DNA from: Haliotis rubra
Taxonomy: Eukaryota
Direction: 5' to 3'
NCBI RefSeq assembly: GCF_003918875.1
Contig: NW_025764970.1
Span: 62,001-126,000 of the forward strand
Length of the DNA: 64,000 nt
In this document: positions 1 to 13,901 of the stretch, piece by piece
Position numbering within the stretch: the stretch's first letter is position 1
How the letters are laid out: each line of letters starts with the position of its first letter
Notes under the pieces: model-generated
Database searches by the model: none
Told to the model about the DNA's origin: nothing
The model's input: the letters and a program-made list of their open reading frames with translations, nothing else
Program-made: the position numbers and the translations under genes

Positions 1-151
1 ACCACTACCACCACTACCACCACTACCACCACCACCACCACCACCACCACTACCCCCACTACCGCTACTAGCACCACTACCAGTACATCTACCACTACCA
101 TCACCTCTGCTAAAACTACTAGCACCACTGCCACCACCACAACCACCACTA
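1..151. repeat. (ACC/ACT)n trinucleotide microsatellite running into an assembly gap (N 152-326)
   Basis: Direct inspection. Confidence 0.95.
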
Positions 152-2216
152 NNNNNNNNNNNNNNNNNNNNNNNNNNNNNNNNNNNNNNNNNNNNNNNNN
201 NNNNNNNNNNNNNNNNNNNNNNNNNNNNNNNNNNNNNNNNNNNNNNNNNNNNNNNNNNNNNNNNNNNNNNNNNNNNNNNNNNNNNNNNNNNNNNNNNNNN
301 NNNNNNNNNNNNNNNNNNNNNNNNNNTCGATTTGTGAATAGCGTGACAAAGGTCACAAATGGCAGAAATCAACAGTGACATTCATTTGTCGCCACTCAAC
401 TCTTTCCGAAGCTTGCCATTCGGCCGGGCAGTGTTGTTAGTGGAAGCAGTACGTCGGTTCCACTTTACATACAGAACTCTGGGGAAAAGCCATCCCATAC
501 GTCAGTGTCATCCAGATATAATAAATTATATTTACAGGGAGGAAATGGTGGTTAATTGCCGTCATATATTTATTTACCTAACGATATTTTCACACCTGAA
601 GATGCGCGCGAGGCATCGTGCCCTGTTAACATCTTTGATATATATCTGTACGTGTAACACAACTTCTTAACGCTGGAAAACACCGACTTGAAGAGCGGTA
701 ATTAAGAGTTTGGTAAAAACAAGAACAAGAGTGCTTGTAGTTACATCGTTCCTGGGCAGTTCCAGCATGGCTGGCAGTACGTTATAACAAGGCTTATATG
801 TGTTGACGCAAGGTTTCGGCACGCAAGAATGTTTTGAAATATCATATCTGTTGTTTTTACATTTGTTTACGATGAACTGACGCTGCATTTTCAGAGACAG
901 AAAATATGTGTAGCCTTCAACTGGCATCAGTACCTTCCCGTAATTGTACATGTGTGTCAAAACATAGAGGTTAGACTGTCTGACAGGACCGAAACAAATA
1001 TATCCAACACAGCCCATGCAAAACTGTAATACATTACTGCATTTCCTGGAAATGAAGATAACCTCATAGGTTCTTTTTATTCCATAAACTTTTCGTCTGT
1101 AAAATATGTTCATTTCAGAAAGTAGGCGCATGCAAATTCTCAAAGTTGTGTCTGTGTTGTGTTTCTACTAGTTTACAAAAAAGGCCAAGCAATTACGCCG
1201 AAATAGTTTAGAAATTTGAGGATTTTCATGCGATTTTTTATCTACATTCGTACTTCCTTGTTTAAACCCAAAACATTGCACACAGCTCGTATAGGATACG
1301 GTCTATAGTTGACTGTTGTAAACTGACGCCCGGGTAACAACATTACTGTATTCAGCTTTCTCACGTACACGAATGTGTTCCCCACTGATGCCTGCACAGT
1401 GTCATATAGAAAGTGGTCAGGTGTTACCTAAGTTAGATTTGGGATTACACTATCTCAGTAAAGTACAGATTATAGAACCTTTTCGGGGATTGAGTCCTAT
1501 ACATGTTTCGAACCCACACTCTCAAGAGTCAGGCACCAAATCGCAAACACACAGAGTCAGCGATCAGTGGCTCAGTGGAACTCTCAGTGTACTTGAGTCT
1601 GCAATTTACTGAGAAAAAGTAATCCCAAATATGATACATGTTATAATATTATATTCATTGACCACCAAACCAGCGTAAATACCATTGTACAACCATGAAT
1701 CTGTGACACCATAAACTGTTGCATATCTTCTACAAGCTTTCACAGAGGATAAACGTTCCTATATTTAAATTAGGCAAAACACATTAGATGTTCAAAGGAC
1801 ATTCCTTTCATAGGAAGGCACTTTTATGCACTTTTATGCACTTTTATTGTGCCTCATTTACCTCTTTCCATTCTTTAAGGTTTTCTTCGTGAATTGTGAA
1901 CATCGACATCTACGTTGCATGTCGGTCGGCTACGATGGTTTGTTTGACATAAATCGTGTGTAAGATTGAACTACGGTTTGCAGCAATGTAAGTGTTTGTT
2001 TATCTCGGCAACATCTAAATAGAATCGATGGGAAGACGTTCCTTTGAAAATAAATAGCCAGGGCATGATATAGTTGATATACTGGATAGAGAGATTTCTA
2101 CACTTGCATTTCATTATCGTATTTGTTTTATCTATAGTCTACTACAGACAGCCATGTGGTGTGGCTATTACAACAATGTAGGCTATGTGGACTGCAACAG
2201 ACGGTCATGTGATGTC

Positions 2217-2233
2217 CAGCGCCACCTGGCGGT
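2217..2233 (-). promoter_or_regulatory. Candidate CTCF-binding motif
   Basis: Minus strand ACCGCCAGGTGGCGCTG closely matches the CTCF core consensus; motif match only. Confidence 0.4.
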
Positions 2234-2917
2234 GATAACTTGACATTTGAGAGTTATTGCCCCTATCATAGCCACATGTTCTAGTTCTCGTGATTGCTAA
2301 AGGACGTTTCCATTTGTTACCTTTGACCTTACTTCGTCCAGCGTTTGACCAAGAGAAACATTATCTGCGCTCTATAAGTGAAGAATTTCCCCGGAACGGT
2401 GAGAGAAGAACTAAGTGTTAATTAGTTTTCAGAAGACACTGAGGCGGTTATTTTCAACCTGGATTTGGATTCATCTATACGTACTCATTCTAAGTAATTA
2501 ATGAAGTTTGGAATAAGCTTCATAGGAAGTACACTATGAGTGATATTTCCTTCATGTAGTTGTGCTAGGGAAAACTGCTTCGTCAGCATTACGAGACGCC
2601 ATCCCAGAAGTAGGTCTATGTTGGTCTGTATGGGCGCGGTAATTGTTAATAGCTTTCGGAAAAGGAAGCACGGATAATCTACTTACATGAATATCCAATG
2701 AATTCATCAACATCAAAAGAATGTTTTCATCAGGAATCATATAGACTGAAATTAATGTATTTTCTATGTTTACCCGCTCACCATCTAAGCTTTTGCTAAT
2801 TGTGGGGCTTATGTTGGTGGAGTTGCTAATTGGACAAGAAGAGCCGGGACTCGGAGAGGGAGTGAGAGATTCGGTGTTTATTTACTCTTCCGTCTAACAA
2901 ATATGTGATCTCTTCCC

Positions 2918-4680
2918 CTGGTCAATACACCAAGGTATACAGTACACCGTATGTCAGATACTGCCACTACCTACAACTCCGGTAGATGTGTCTGGTCAAT
3001 ACACCAAGGTATATAGTACACCACATGTCAGATACTGCCACTACCTACAACTCCGGTAGATGTGTCTGGTCAATACACCAAGGTATATAGTACACCACAT
3101 GTCAGGTACTGCCACTACCTACAGTTCCGGTAGATGTGTCTGGTCAATAGACGTAGGTATATAGTACACCACATGTCAGGTACTGCCACTACCTACAGTT
3201 CCGGTAGATGTGTCTGGTCAATAGACGTAGGTATATAGTACACCACATGTCAGGTACTGCCACTACATACAGCTCCGGTAGATGTGTCTGCCAATACACC
3301 AAGGTATATAGTACACCACATGTCAGATACTGCCACTACCTACAGGTCCGGTAGATGTGTCTAGTCAATACCCCAAGGTATATAGTACACCACATGTCAG
3401 ATACTGCCACTACCTACAGCTCCGGTAGATGTGTCTGGTCAATAGACTTAGGTATATAGTACACCACATGTCAGATACTGCCACTACCTACAACTCCGGT
3501 AGATGTGTCTGGTCAATACACCAAGGTATATAGTACACCACATGTCAGATACTGCCACTACCTACATCTCCGGTAGATGTGTCTGGTCAATACACCAAGG
3601 TATATAGTACACCACATGTCAGGTACTGCCACTACCTACAACTCCGGTAGATGTGTCTGGTCAATAGACGTAGGTATATAGTACACCACATGTCAGGTAC
3701 TGCCACTACCTACATCTCCGGTAGATGTGTCTGGTCAATACACCAAGGTATATAGTACACCACATGTCAGGTACTGCCACTACCTACAGCTCCGGTAGAT
3801 GTGTCTGGTCAATAGACTTAGGTATATAGTACACCACATGTCAGGTACTGCCACTACCTACAGCTCCGGTAGATGTGTCTGGTCAATAGACTTAGGTATA
3901 TAGTACACCACATGTCAGGTACTGCCACTACCTACAGCTCCGGTAGATGTGTCTGGTCAATACACCAAGGTATATAGTACACCACATGTCAGGTACTGCC
4001 ACTACCTACAGCTCCGGTAGATGTGTCTGGTCAATACACCAAGGTATATAGTACACCACATGTCAGATACTGCCACTACCTACAGCTCCGGTAGATGTGT
4101 CTGGTCAATACACCAAGGTATATAGTACACCACATGTCAGGTACTGCCACTACCTACAGCTCCGGTAGATGTGTCTGGTCAATACACCAAGGTATATAGT
4201 ACACCACATGTCAGGTACTGCCACTACCTACAGCTCCGGTAGATGTGTCTGGTCAATAGACTTAGGTATATAGTACACCACATGTCAGGTACTGCCACTA
4301 CCTACAGCTCCGGTAGATGTGTCTGGTCAATAGACTTAGGTATATAGTACACCACATGTCAGGTACTGCCACTACCTACAGCTCCGGTAGATGTGTCTGG
4401 TCAATACACCAAGGTATATAGTACACCACATGTCAGATACTGCCACTACCTACAGCTCCGGTAGATGTGTCTGGTCAATACACCAAGGTATATAGTACAC
4501 CACATGTCAGATACTGCCACTACCTACAGCTCCGGTAGATGTGTCTGGTCAATACACCAAGGTATATAGTACACCACATGTCACTACCTACAGCTCCGGT
4601 AGATGTGTCTGGTCAATACACCAAGGTATATAGTACACCACATGTCAGATACTGCCACTATCTGCAGCTGTGGAAGATCG
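2918..4680. repeat. Minisatellite, 74-bp unit, about 23-24 copies
   Basis: ctggtcaat recurs at 2918, 2992, 3066; two interspersed variants (acaccaagg and agacttagg). Confidence 0.97.
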
Positions 4681-5201
4681 CCTGGTAGTGCACAACACAG
4701 TAGTACACCATGCACCAGGTGATGCTTCTATCCACAGCTCCCTAGGATATGTCTGTGAATCTTTTGATATGATACATTACTGTGTTGTTTGTTTGTTTGT
4801 TGTTTGTTGTTTGTCCCAGCTGTATAGTACATTATACTCTACGATGTGAACATGAACATATGCAAGCTGTTTGAGGTCTCAGTACATCATTGTCCATTTT
4901 CTGAGAGTCTATCGTGAGTCTTCAGAAGTGACATGCTAAAGTTGACAACATTTCAAACTTGGCACTGGTTAAAAAGTTAGCTTTACTTAAACCAGAGAAC
5001 ATATAATAGACATGTAAATCGTACGCAGCCGGTCGAGCGAGCAGAACATCCGCCTGTGTCGTACAGCACCCAGTTCTGCTTCCACGTTTACCATCAGGCG
5101 CGCCTAGCTTGGTTGTTTAGGTTCAGAAGATCAGACTGGGATAGTACACTGTTCACAGTCAGGAGTTTAAACCCGGCAGCTGTGGTGCTCGTGCAAAAGT
5201 C

Positions 5202-5396
5202 TGTTCGTTTGTTGTTTCACGCCGCACTCAGCAATATTCCAGCTATATGGTGGCGGTCAGTAAATAATCGAGTCTAGACCATACGATCCAGTGATCAACA
5301 TTATGAGCATCGATCTACGCAATGTGTCAACAAAGTCAGCGAGCCTGATGTCACCTTGGTTGCTGAAGACCAATTCTAACCCGCATGACCACGGGT
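5202..5396 (-). mobile_element. SINE-like family B (about 250 bp, no tRNA head, tail shared with family A), internally deleted copy
   Basis: Matches other B copies (gactcgattattta...ccgccaccatatagctggaatattgctgagtgcggcg). Confidence 0.8.
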
Positions 5397-5399
5397 CTT

Positions 5400-5690
5400 C
5401 GAGCAAAGGTGTACAGGAGAACGTTTCCACCACGCTTGTGGTTCCAAGTGTTGTCAGTATAGAGGTGGAGGAGTCATGGTGTAAGGTAGCATCATAACTC
5501 AAAGGGAAACACAACACATCATTGTTGACGAGAATTTGGATTGCGTACGCTTCATGACATCGTTCAAGGTCACGTTCTACCATGTGTACAATGTTGGGAC
5601 GTTGCAGCAGTATAATGCCCGGCCACGCGTTGTTCATGTTGTAATAGACCTCTTGAGGCAGTATAACATTGCTGTACTGTCATAGATTTA
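5400..5690 (+). mobile_element. Tc1/mariner transposase relic
   Basis: Degenerate GGGVMV(W)G at about 5463 and LQQYNARPR (cf. FQQDNARPH) at about 5600. Confidence 0.55.
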
Positions 5691-8556
5691 TGTTCCTACA
5701 GAAAGACTACCCTGTAACCCTAGAACAGATTAAATATTATTCACCAGAAATAATTCACTTAAACTGGAAATAGGGCGAAATTAGCCTACACACTAATATA
5801 GAAATCACAGGCTTCAAAATACACCCGTCATAATCAGAGTTGACCTCGTAACCGATGTTACTAGACTGGGTAGAAACTTGTATAACAACATGAAGTCATG
5901 AAGTTTTGGTGATTCTAGGATTCTACACTCTGGTACACAGTGTTTCTGTGCTTGTCTAAGGTTTAGTATTACCTAAACTCTGTTTGCCGACACTTCCTTG
6001 ATACTCTTGGAAAATGCCGTACTGTACCTCACTATGGCTTTATCCTGTGTTCCAAGCCCTACTCGACCCTCCCGTCTCCCCGCACCTTTCCTCCCCACGT
6101 GGGACACATTGCCGTTGCCCTTATGACCACCATGTTGGTCCTGGTATATAGGTGTGTTATCCCAATGCTATCATTCCATATATACTATAAACACTGGCCG
6201 CCGGGTACACCTCGTGTCAGCAGCAAGTGTTCCACCTCCCTGAACCAATGAGAAGTGGTATCAAGTGATCAAAGTATTGGACGAAAACAAGAATCAACAT
6301 CGGCGTGTGCTCTGACATCTGCCTCTAGTCATCCCGTCAGTAGAGATGCAGGCTTCTTCCAGAGGGAGATAATCGCATACAATGTGCCAGAGAGTATATG
6401 ATTACTTTGTACTAAGACCAGTACACAGTGAGCGGTTCCTGAAGTGCAAGAACCGGACCAGGGGACTCATTCAGCGTAGTTGAGAGTCGCTGTGAACAAT
6501 ATTCAGTTACATTCTTGTAGTTCAACTTGAGAGGAACTCCACTTGGTGTTAGACGTTGGCCGCTTTGAAGAAACTAACCACTGACTCCAACCCAAGTTCA
6601 TTACACGGTAATCTCATTAACATCTTCAACACTATATGGAAGCTCTCCCCTGGACATGCGGAGAGGTACGGTATCGGTGTTAAAGATCCTACTAACATGT
6701 CATTTCTCCTGACGGACAACTATGGGAACGCCCCACCCCTCCACCTATAGGTGGCTCGGGGGTGGGGGTAGGGGAAGGGAGGAGGAGCGCTGTGTATTAC
6801 ATGGCCATTGAAACTCTCGTGAAAACGGGTGAAAATGAACACCCCACACTCCACCCCTTGCTCAGAAAGCTGTATCCCCCCCATCCACCTACAGCTACAT
6901 ACGTCACTATATGCATATGTCTCTTATAAATCCTGAAACACCGAGGCAACCCGTGTTCGTGCTTCTTTGATCCTTAAGATAGAGCACTGGCACTTACACG
7001 TGCAGTTTACAGCTACTTGACTGGATCTAAAAACACCCAAAACAGTGCTTTATCAAATATCTAGTGCCTTGACTAGATGAATGGTAACATTCATTCACTA
7101 CCTAAACCCGAATATCTCCACCCACTGTTAGAGTAGGTACAATATCAACAGCTTGGGGTGATATATTAATGGCTTTAGTCTCAGATTGTTATACGCTAAT
7201 ATCAATGGAGATTTGAACTCATTTCGTTATATCCAAAACACGCTTTTCTAATCAGCGATCTATTTACGTTGTCTAATGATTACTGTATAATTAGTAAGTT
7301 TAAATTTGTTTATTTTATTTTCATTTCGGTAACGACTACATGTTAACAAGATTACCACAGATCATGAGAAATATCCCCATCATGAGTTCTTATGTAATTG
7401 TTTTACTAAAGAAATGCGACTTGAGGCGGATTCCAGTAACTATCCATTAAGTGTGCAGAGTTAGGTAGAATTTCCATCATAATATTTTGTTCATGTATTC
7501 TGCCAGCCTAATCAGTAGCGCAAGCACAGCATACTCAAGAAACACGACATGTTGGGTCCTCATTTTCGTGTAACGGATCACTAGTAAGTGAGCAATTCCA
7601 GTATGTTGAGCGCACGTGTCCACCATATCCCATATGAATCATAGGTGTTTGCTCTAAAACATAACACGTGGAAGTAACCTACAAAATATGAACGGTAAAC
7701 ACGTCAAAATACCAGACCACCTGACAAGAAAAATGAGTCCGCCAATTATCTGATCCTGAAGAGGATAAATACTTTACCTCTGAAGGATAACTATCAAAAG
7801 AGAGATCTATTAGTCTCTGAGATTTAATTAATCCAGCATGTTGAGGTTAATCCTTTACGCCCATTTTCTACTCCTTACGGTAATTGGAAATGACTGCGCA
7901 GCTTTCATTAACTGGCGCACCAGTCTCAGATCATTACGCCATGTAGTCATGCTCCACGAAAGAAACAAGTCCACGTTGTGTGTGCTGTCTGTCTGGAAAT
8001 AAGTTATGAGAGGGCTGAGAAGACTTCATTACCTAGTGCTTGGAGGAGCACTTCTTCACTTCAAAACACATATTCTTTCCAAAAAAGTGAAATCGGAAAT
8101 GCGTTTTTGTACATGTACTCTTGTAAAACAAGAAACATCCCATCGATGGCGACTCTGGCGCGACCCGTGGGATGTGGGGTTTTAACAGTAGTGTACGCGT
8201 ACGAAGAGATTTGTTCAGTCAACTATTTACACTGTTGTTACTGTCTACCCGAAACAGATGCCATGTATAAACTTATAGCTCTTAATAATACTGAATAAAT
8301 AAATACTATAAACCTATAACTACAATAGTGCTGATAGTGCAACCCACTATCCCAGGTGGAAGCGTGTGTTCAGCACCTCATGCTTGTCATATAAGGTGAT
8401 TAAAATGATGATGTGGTTGTTTTGGCCTGTGCTTAGGTTTTCATCTACCTTAACCTGGTAGAACATTTAGTTATCAGCTGCTGTTCTGAATGTCACAGAC
8501 GTGGTTATTTAGCCGCTGTGTTGACGCTGGATTGTTGACGCCACGTCCTGACATGT

Positions 8557-8630
8557 CATTGGCGGATCCAGGGGGTTTTCAGGGGGTTCGAACCCCCCAA
8601 CCCCTTTGAAAATTCTTGGATCCGCCTAAG
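8557..8630. mobile_element. MITE-like element with GGCGGATCCA/TGGATCCGCC terminal inverted repeats
   Basis: Inverted termini, internal GGGGGTTCGAACCCCC palindrome, catgt direct repeats at 8552-8556 and 8631-8635. Confidence 0.65.
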
Positions 8631-9332
8631 CATGTCCATTATGCATGTCCACTATTTCCTACTTCCAGATGATTCCAAGGGTTGATTTAAGTTATAGTTG
8701 TGAGGAATCTGAGGGCACCTGCGTAAATGCGTCGAGTTATCCGATAATCGACACAACCGCAAAATGATTACTTACATGAAGAATACGCAGTGACCTAACA
8801 TTGAGACAACCGTTCGACACATCCGGTTCCACACAACAATGTTTGACTGTATAGAGATGCAGTCTAAACATTATTGATAGTTCAACCCATCATGGAGGTT
8901 TTGTCATCAGAACAGTCTAACCCGGATTAAAGGATGAGGTTTACCTAATTTTATAGGTACTGGTGAATGAGGTTTGACGGTGGCAACAAGCTGAAACGTG
9001 TGATCAGTAATGATGCACGAGTGAGAGAGGCGTACATACAATCTCGGCCTCGCCCACAACCGTGCTTTCTACAGTACGGAATGGAGTCGCTCAGTTGATT
9101 GCAGGTACCTCCGTAGATATTATCTCCTTGGACTATACACCACAAGCATGAGGTGCCATAAATATTACCTCCGGGTCCATGACTACAACAATCATTAATA
9201 TTAATATATATAACACTCATAGTATGTAATATGAGAAATTATCTACAAGGACTGTACACTACAGGTATGAGGTCCCATGTGTATTACTTCCGGGTCCATG
9301 ACGAGAACAATCAGTATGTAGACCACATACTG

Positions 9333-10326
9333 GTTTACCAATGTAGGGGCTCCCATGGGCTCCCCACTATCCCCCATCCTAACAGAAATTTACATGGCCG
9401 ACCTGGAAGAGAAGGCCCTAGAAACTGCACCCTTCAAACCGTCCTGCTGGTACCGCAAAGTGGATGACACCTTCGTCGTCCTCCAACCTCAGCAAGATCC
9501 AAAGCAGCTCCTCGCTCATCTCAACAGCCAACATCCCCGCATCAAATTCACCATTGAAACAGAGCAGAACAACCAACTACCTTTCCTTGATGTCCTTGTG
9601 TCCCGCACCTCCTCCAACCAACTCCAGACCTCCGTGTACAGAAAACCAACTCATACGGATCAATACATCCACTACAACTCCAACCACCCACCTAAAGTCA
9701 AGACCGGCGTCATCTCTACATTGACCAGAAGAGCCAAAAACATCTGCTCAACAAACCTACAGGAAGAAATTGAACACCTGAGGAAAGTCTTTGTGGAACG
9801 CAACCACTACCCACCTGAAATAGTCAACAGAACCATCGAAGCAACGCTTTCACCTCCTGCCAAAAGGTCTAAACCAGAATCAGCCCCCATCAAGATATCC
9901 ATTCCCCTACATTGGTAAAACCATCACACCAAATCAGCCGACTCCTGAAACAACAGGCAGGAATAGACACTACCTTCTCAGCGTCCTCCAGCCTCAACAA
10001 CCTCCTCCATGCCAACGGAAGAAAACAACCCACCGTCAACAACAACAACCCGAAATGTGTTTATTTACAAAATAGACTGTGATTGTGGACAATGCTACAT
10101 AGGTGAAACATCCCGACCCATCAACACCCGAGTCAAAGAACATCGCACCTCTGTTGCTAATTCCGACACCAAATCAGCTATCTCTGACCACATCAAAGCC
10201 AACCCCAATCATCAAATAGAGTGGTCCGACATCACCATTCTCGCCAACAACCAAACGGACTTCACTAAACGCAAGCTCACAGAAGCCATTCACATCAAAC
10301 GCCACAAGCCTACCATCAACCGTGAC
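9333..10326 (+). mobile_element. Penelope-like retroelement internal fragment (C-terminal half of RT plus GIY-YIG endonuclease), frameshifted
   Basis: GAPMGSPLSP, WYRKVDDTF, LPFLDV, VYRKPTHT (ORF 9355..9918); IYKIDCDCGQCYIGETSR (ORF 10009..10356); 25-bp direct repeat flanks at 9308-9332 and 10327-10351. Confidence 0.95.
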
Positions 10327-11415
10327 CAATCAGTATGTAGACCACATACTGTGTGATATGAGGCATTATGTACTACGAACTATACGCCACAGGCATGTTG
10401 TCCTATATTCATTACCTCCGGGTCCATGACCAGAAAAATCAATATATACCACAGATATTATATAATATGAGCGAGTGCTGGTCATATATAATATCAGAGT
10501 ACGAGATGGAGGCTGGCTTCTGCGTCATACAAGAGGTAGGTTATAGATGCGATTGGGCGCACTTCAAGTACACTATCAACTCAGGGTGGTCATTTATTAC
10601 CCTTGCTGTATAAGTTACCAGTAACAGAGGGCCAAACCCACACAGCGAGGAAATTAGAATACACAGAGCACGACTTGCAATAGCTATGTAATAAAGTGTT
10701 CCTGTAAACTATATATATCGGAAGTAGGTGTCTAGAAAAGGTAAGAGGGCAAAGGTACCAATTCCGAAAAAGGTAAGGTGTTTCTTTCAGATCACTATAG
10801 TTCACCTTTAAAACGGATGAGAGGGCACGTCATGATGTTCAAAAATGTGAAGGACCACCTGTTAATTTCTCATCACTAAAGTTCGTCCTTCAAAACATCC
10901 TTTCATGCTCCTCAAGTCAGTATCTTATCCGATCCTCTCAACAGCAAATCTTTGTTTATGCCAGCATTCACACTGATGATTTATCTGTTATTCAATGGCA
11001 AGTGGTCGGACATAGTCGGTCAGGCCATCCTATGTTTATGTTCAATGAGTGGAGTAATACCGACAAGGAACCTCTGACATAGGCTATTGCAGTTTGTTAC
11101 TCTAGCCATGATAGTACAGTCTAGATTGGTGCCTAGTTGTATAACTACGGTAACCTGGATGACATGTTGTAAGTGGTACAAATATGAATTTGTAGCAGCA
11201 AACGTAATAATCTATCATGCGATATTTACAAACAACCCGCATGCAGTAGACATGCTCTGACAAGATGAAGATGCACAATAACAGATGGGACTACACGGGG
11301 AGTAGATTACAGGGGAATGGTTCATATGTGTGAGTACAGCTAAGCTTTAAATTAACGTCGACATGTTTTACGTGAGCTACTGCACCGACAGATGAGGCTC
11401 ACAGACTTTCAGGAA

Positions 11416-11431
11416 ACAGCAGATGGCGCTG
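11416..11431 (+). promoter_or_regulatory. Candidate CTCF-binding motif
   Basis: ACAGCAGATGGCGCTG matches the CTCF core; motif match only. Confidence 0.3.
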
Positions 11432-11866
11432 ACGCCATCAGGACACAGAAATGTCGACCTTCTCCTTGTCGTCCTTGGCATGTGAAAATACAGGTCAACC
11501 TGATTCTAGAGAATAGATTAAATGAGTCCAAACCATTGCCTTTGGTCTAGACTAACGCTTATTCCCAGAATATATCTATATATTTTTTTATAGTAACAAA
11601 TAGACCCATTTAAATTGAAAGGAGTCCCAGTGAGGTGGTCCCTGAACCTGGGGAAATCTAGACTTGCTTCATTTTAGGGCTTTAGCATTGCAGGGAGGGC
11701 TAAGCAGTATGGAAAATAATGTGGTTCAGGGACTGTGGGACAGACTACTTTTGATCAAGAAATACGTAGTTGTTCCGGGCTCCTTGTAGATTGTATTATC
11801 TTCATCTTTCTTACAGATGCATGTTTTAAATGAGATATATTTATTTTATATCTGGGATTAAATGCA

Positions 11867-12055
11867 TTGTTTGTTTGTTTGTTTGTTTGTTGTTTAACAC
11901 CGCGTTCAGCAGTATTACAGCTACATGGCGACGGTCTGTAAATAACTGACACTGGACCAGACAATCCACTGAATCCAGTGATCAACAGCATGAGCATCGA
12001 TCTTTGGAATACGATGACGTGTGAACCACGTCAGCGAGCCTGACCACCCGATCAC
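11867..12055 (-). mobile_element. SINE-like family B, 5'-truncated, (AAAC)n tail
   Basis: Similarity to other B copies. Confidence 0.8.
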
Positions 12056-13341
12056 GTGTTAAAAGATGAACACATACAATAAAACAGCGAATGAGAATAA
12101 CCGGAGTCCCTTTCTCTAAATAATAATCGTGTTGTAAAATACACAAGGCCTGGTTGGTTTTTTGTTGTTACATCGATTCTGCGACTCAGACCAAATAAAG
12201 ACGTTTTACCCCCAGCACATCATGTGGTGGTTAATCTAGATATTATGATGAACCAGTTTACTTCATGAATTATTGTCGAATCTGAAACTGCATGAAACAC
12301 GCCATCAGGTCTGAACAGTGGGTACCTCAGTGATTAATAAAGCAGATAATACAGCAAAGGAAACCGTTACGGTTTAAAGAATTATTCAAAAGTCACTAAA
12401 CAGCATGTGGATGTGTATACTGATCTTGTAAGCATCAAATTTAACATTTAGATACAGTCATGAGGAATCCGCTCTGTTGGACTTACAGACTTTAGCGCGC
12501 CCCCCAGCTCGCAAGCCAACAAGAGTTACATCCCTTGAACTATTTTGACAGCGATAGACGGTGTTCGCGTTTCCAGCCAGGCTGTGTGTGTGGTTTAAAC
12601 TTTGTGAATTACCATAAGTGTAACAACTAGTCTCTAAAATGTACATATTTTACAGATAAAACAGTTCATGATATGAAAAAAAATGAAATATAATGAAAAG
12701 GAGCCCTGAGATTTTCTTCATTCTCAGAAGCAGGAGGTCTTAGCCCAGTGTGGCGTCTTGAGGAGTGGTGGGGGGGGAGGCTCCCCATGAGTTAATATGA
12801 AACACTAGAGATCAGCTGATAATTACAAGCTCTGTGCTCGCTTGTGAATTCAGCATATTGGTACAGAGCCTGAAACTGTGGAAATCTAGACTTGCCACAT
12901 ATTCTAGACTTGCATGGGCTTTCTTGGATATATTTGCTTCAGGGTCTGTATGGAAGACTAAATTACCATCTGTACGTATACGTATACGGCGTATTTGTGA
13001 ACGAAAACGATAACAAAATACCCATTGCTATTATCGTTGAATTAATCCTCATGACGATAAGCCCAATAACATGGCGTTGGTGACGAGTGTGTCATAAAAT
13101 CAACCGCGAGTATCGGGGTCCAAGTTTATGACATTGTTGTCAAGGGTCTCCAATACTCTGTATCCAGGGCACTGAAATATCAAACCATCAATCTTACGTT
13201 AACTGCAGCTGACAAAGTGTTTTCCCATACTGTGAATGTCACAGGTGACCGTTGTTCCAGTGCACAGGACACAGGTCGATCGAGCTGAGCAATGTTGTCC
13301 ACCGAGAGTATGCGGATGGGTGATTCCTGATAACCAAGAGG

Positions 13342-13500
13342 GAGTGAGTAAATATGGTTCTTCGCCGATTTTAGCAATATCCCTGCAACATCACGAAGGG
13401 GGACACCAGAAATGGATTTTACATATTGTACCCATGTGGGGAATCGAACCCGGGTCTTTGGCGTGACGAGCAAACGCTTTAACCACTAGGCTACTCTTCC
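13342..13500 (-). mobile_element. SINE family A (tRNA-derived head, about 165 bp, (TCAC)n tail)
   Basis: A box TAGCCTAGTGG and B box GGTTCGATTCC on the minus strand; matches 16 other copies. Confidence 0.85.
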
Positions 13501-13730
13501 TCCTCTGATATAAAAGAGGGTTTCAGTTAAGCCTTACCCAATATTCATCAAACACGTTACATGTAGTGTTTCCTCAGGCAAGTACGACATATGCGTCTTT
13601 TCTTCCAGGAGCGAAAGGGTACCGGTAGGAAGAGATGGTGAAACCTTTACCTCGGATTTGGAAGACTCCATTGATGTAGGAATGCAATTTGATTGCGCGC
13701 TGATCCACTGTGAAGGGTTCGTCATTGTTC

Positions 13731-13901
13731 GTCTGTAAATAATCGAGTCTGGACCAGACAATCCAGTGGTCAACAGCATAAACGGGGATACGATGACATG
13801 TGTCAACCAAGTCAGCGAGCCTGACGACCCGATTCCGTTAGTCGCCTCTTACGACAAGCATTGGCTACTGAAGATCAATTGTAATCCGGATCTTCACGGG
13901 T
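13731..13901 (-). mobile_element. SINE-like family B, tail missing
   Basis: Similarity to other B copies including the head. Confidence 0.8.

Noticed and set aside
149-349. 66-aa ORF of mostly X
   Set aside because: Runs through the assembly gap of Ns.
667-1143. 158-aa minus-strand ORF
   Set aside because: Non-ATG start, no recognisable domain, no convincing exon structure.
2766-2897. Short plus-strand ORF with a signal-peptide-like hydrophobic stretch (MFTRSPSKLLLIVGLMLVELLIG) and a possible GTGAGA donor
   Set aside because: No downstream exons or homology found; compatible with chance.
2918-4680. Regular repeats resembling a CRISPR array
   Set aside because: Head-to-tail units with no unique spacers, no cas genes, eukaryotic context; the same applies to all other arrays.
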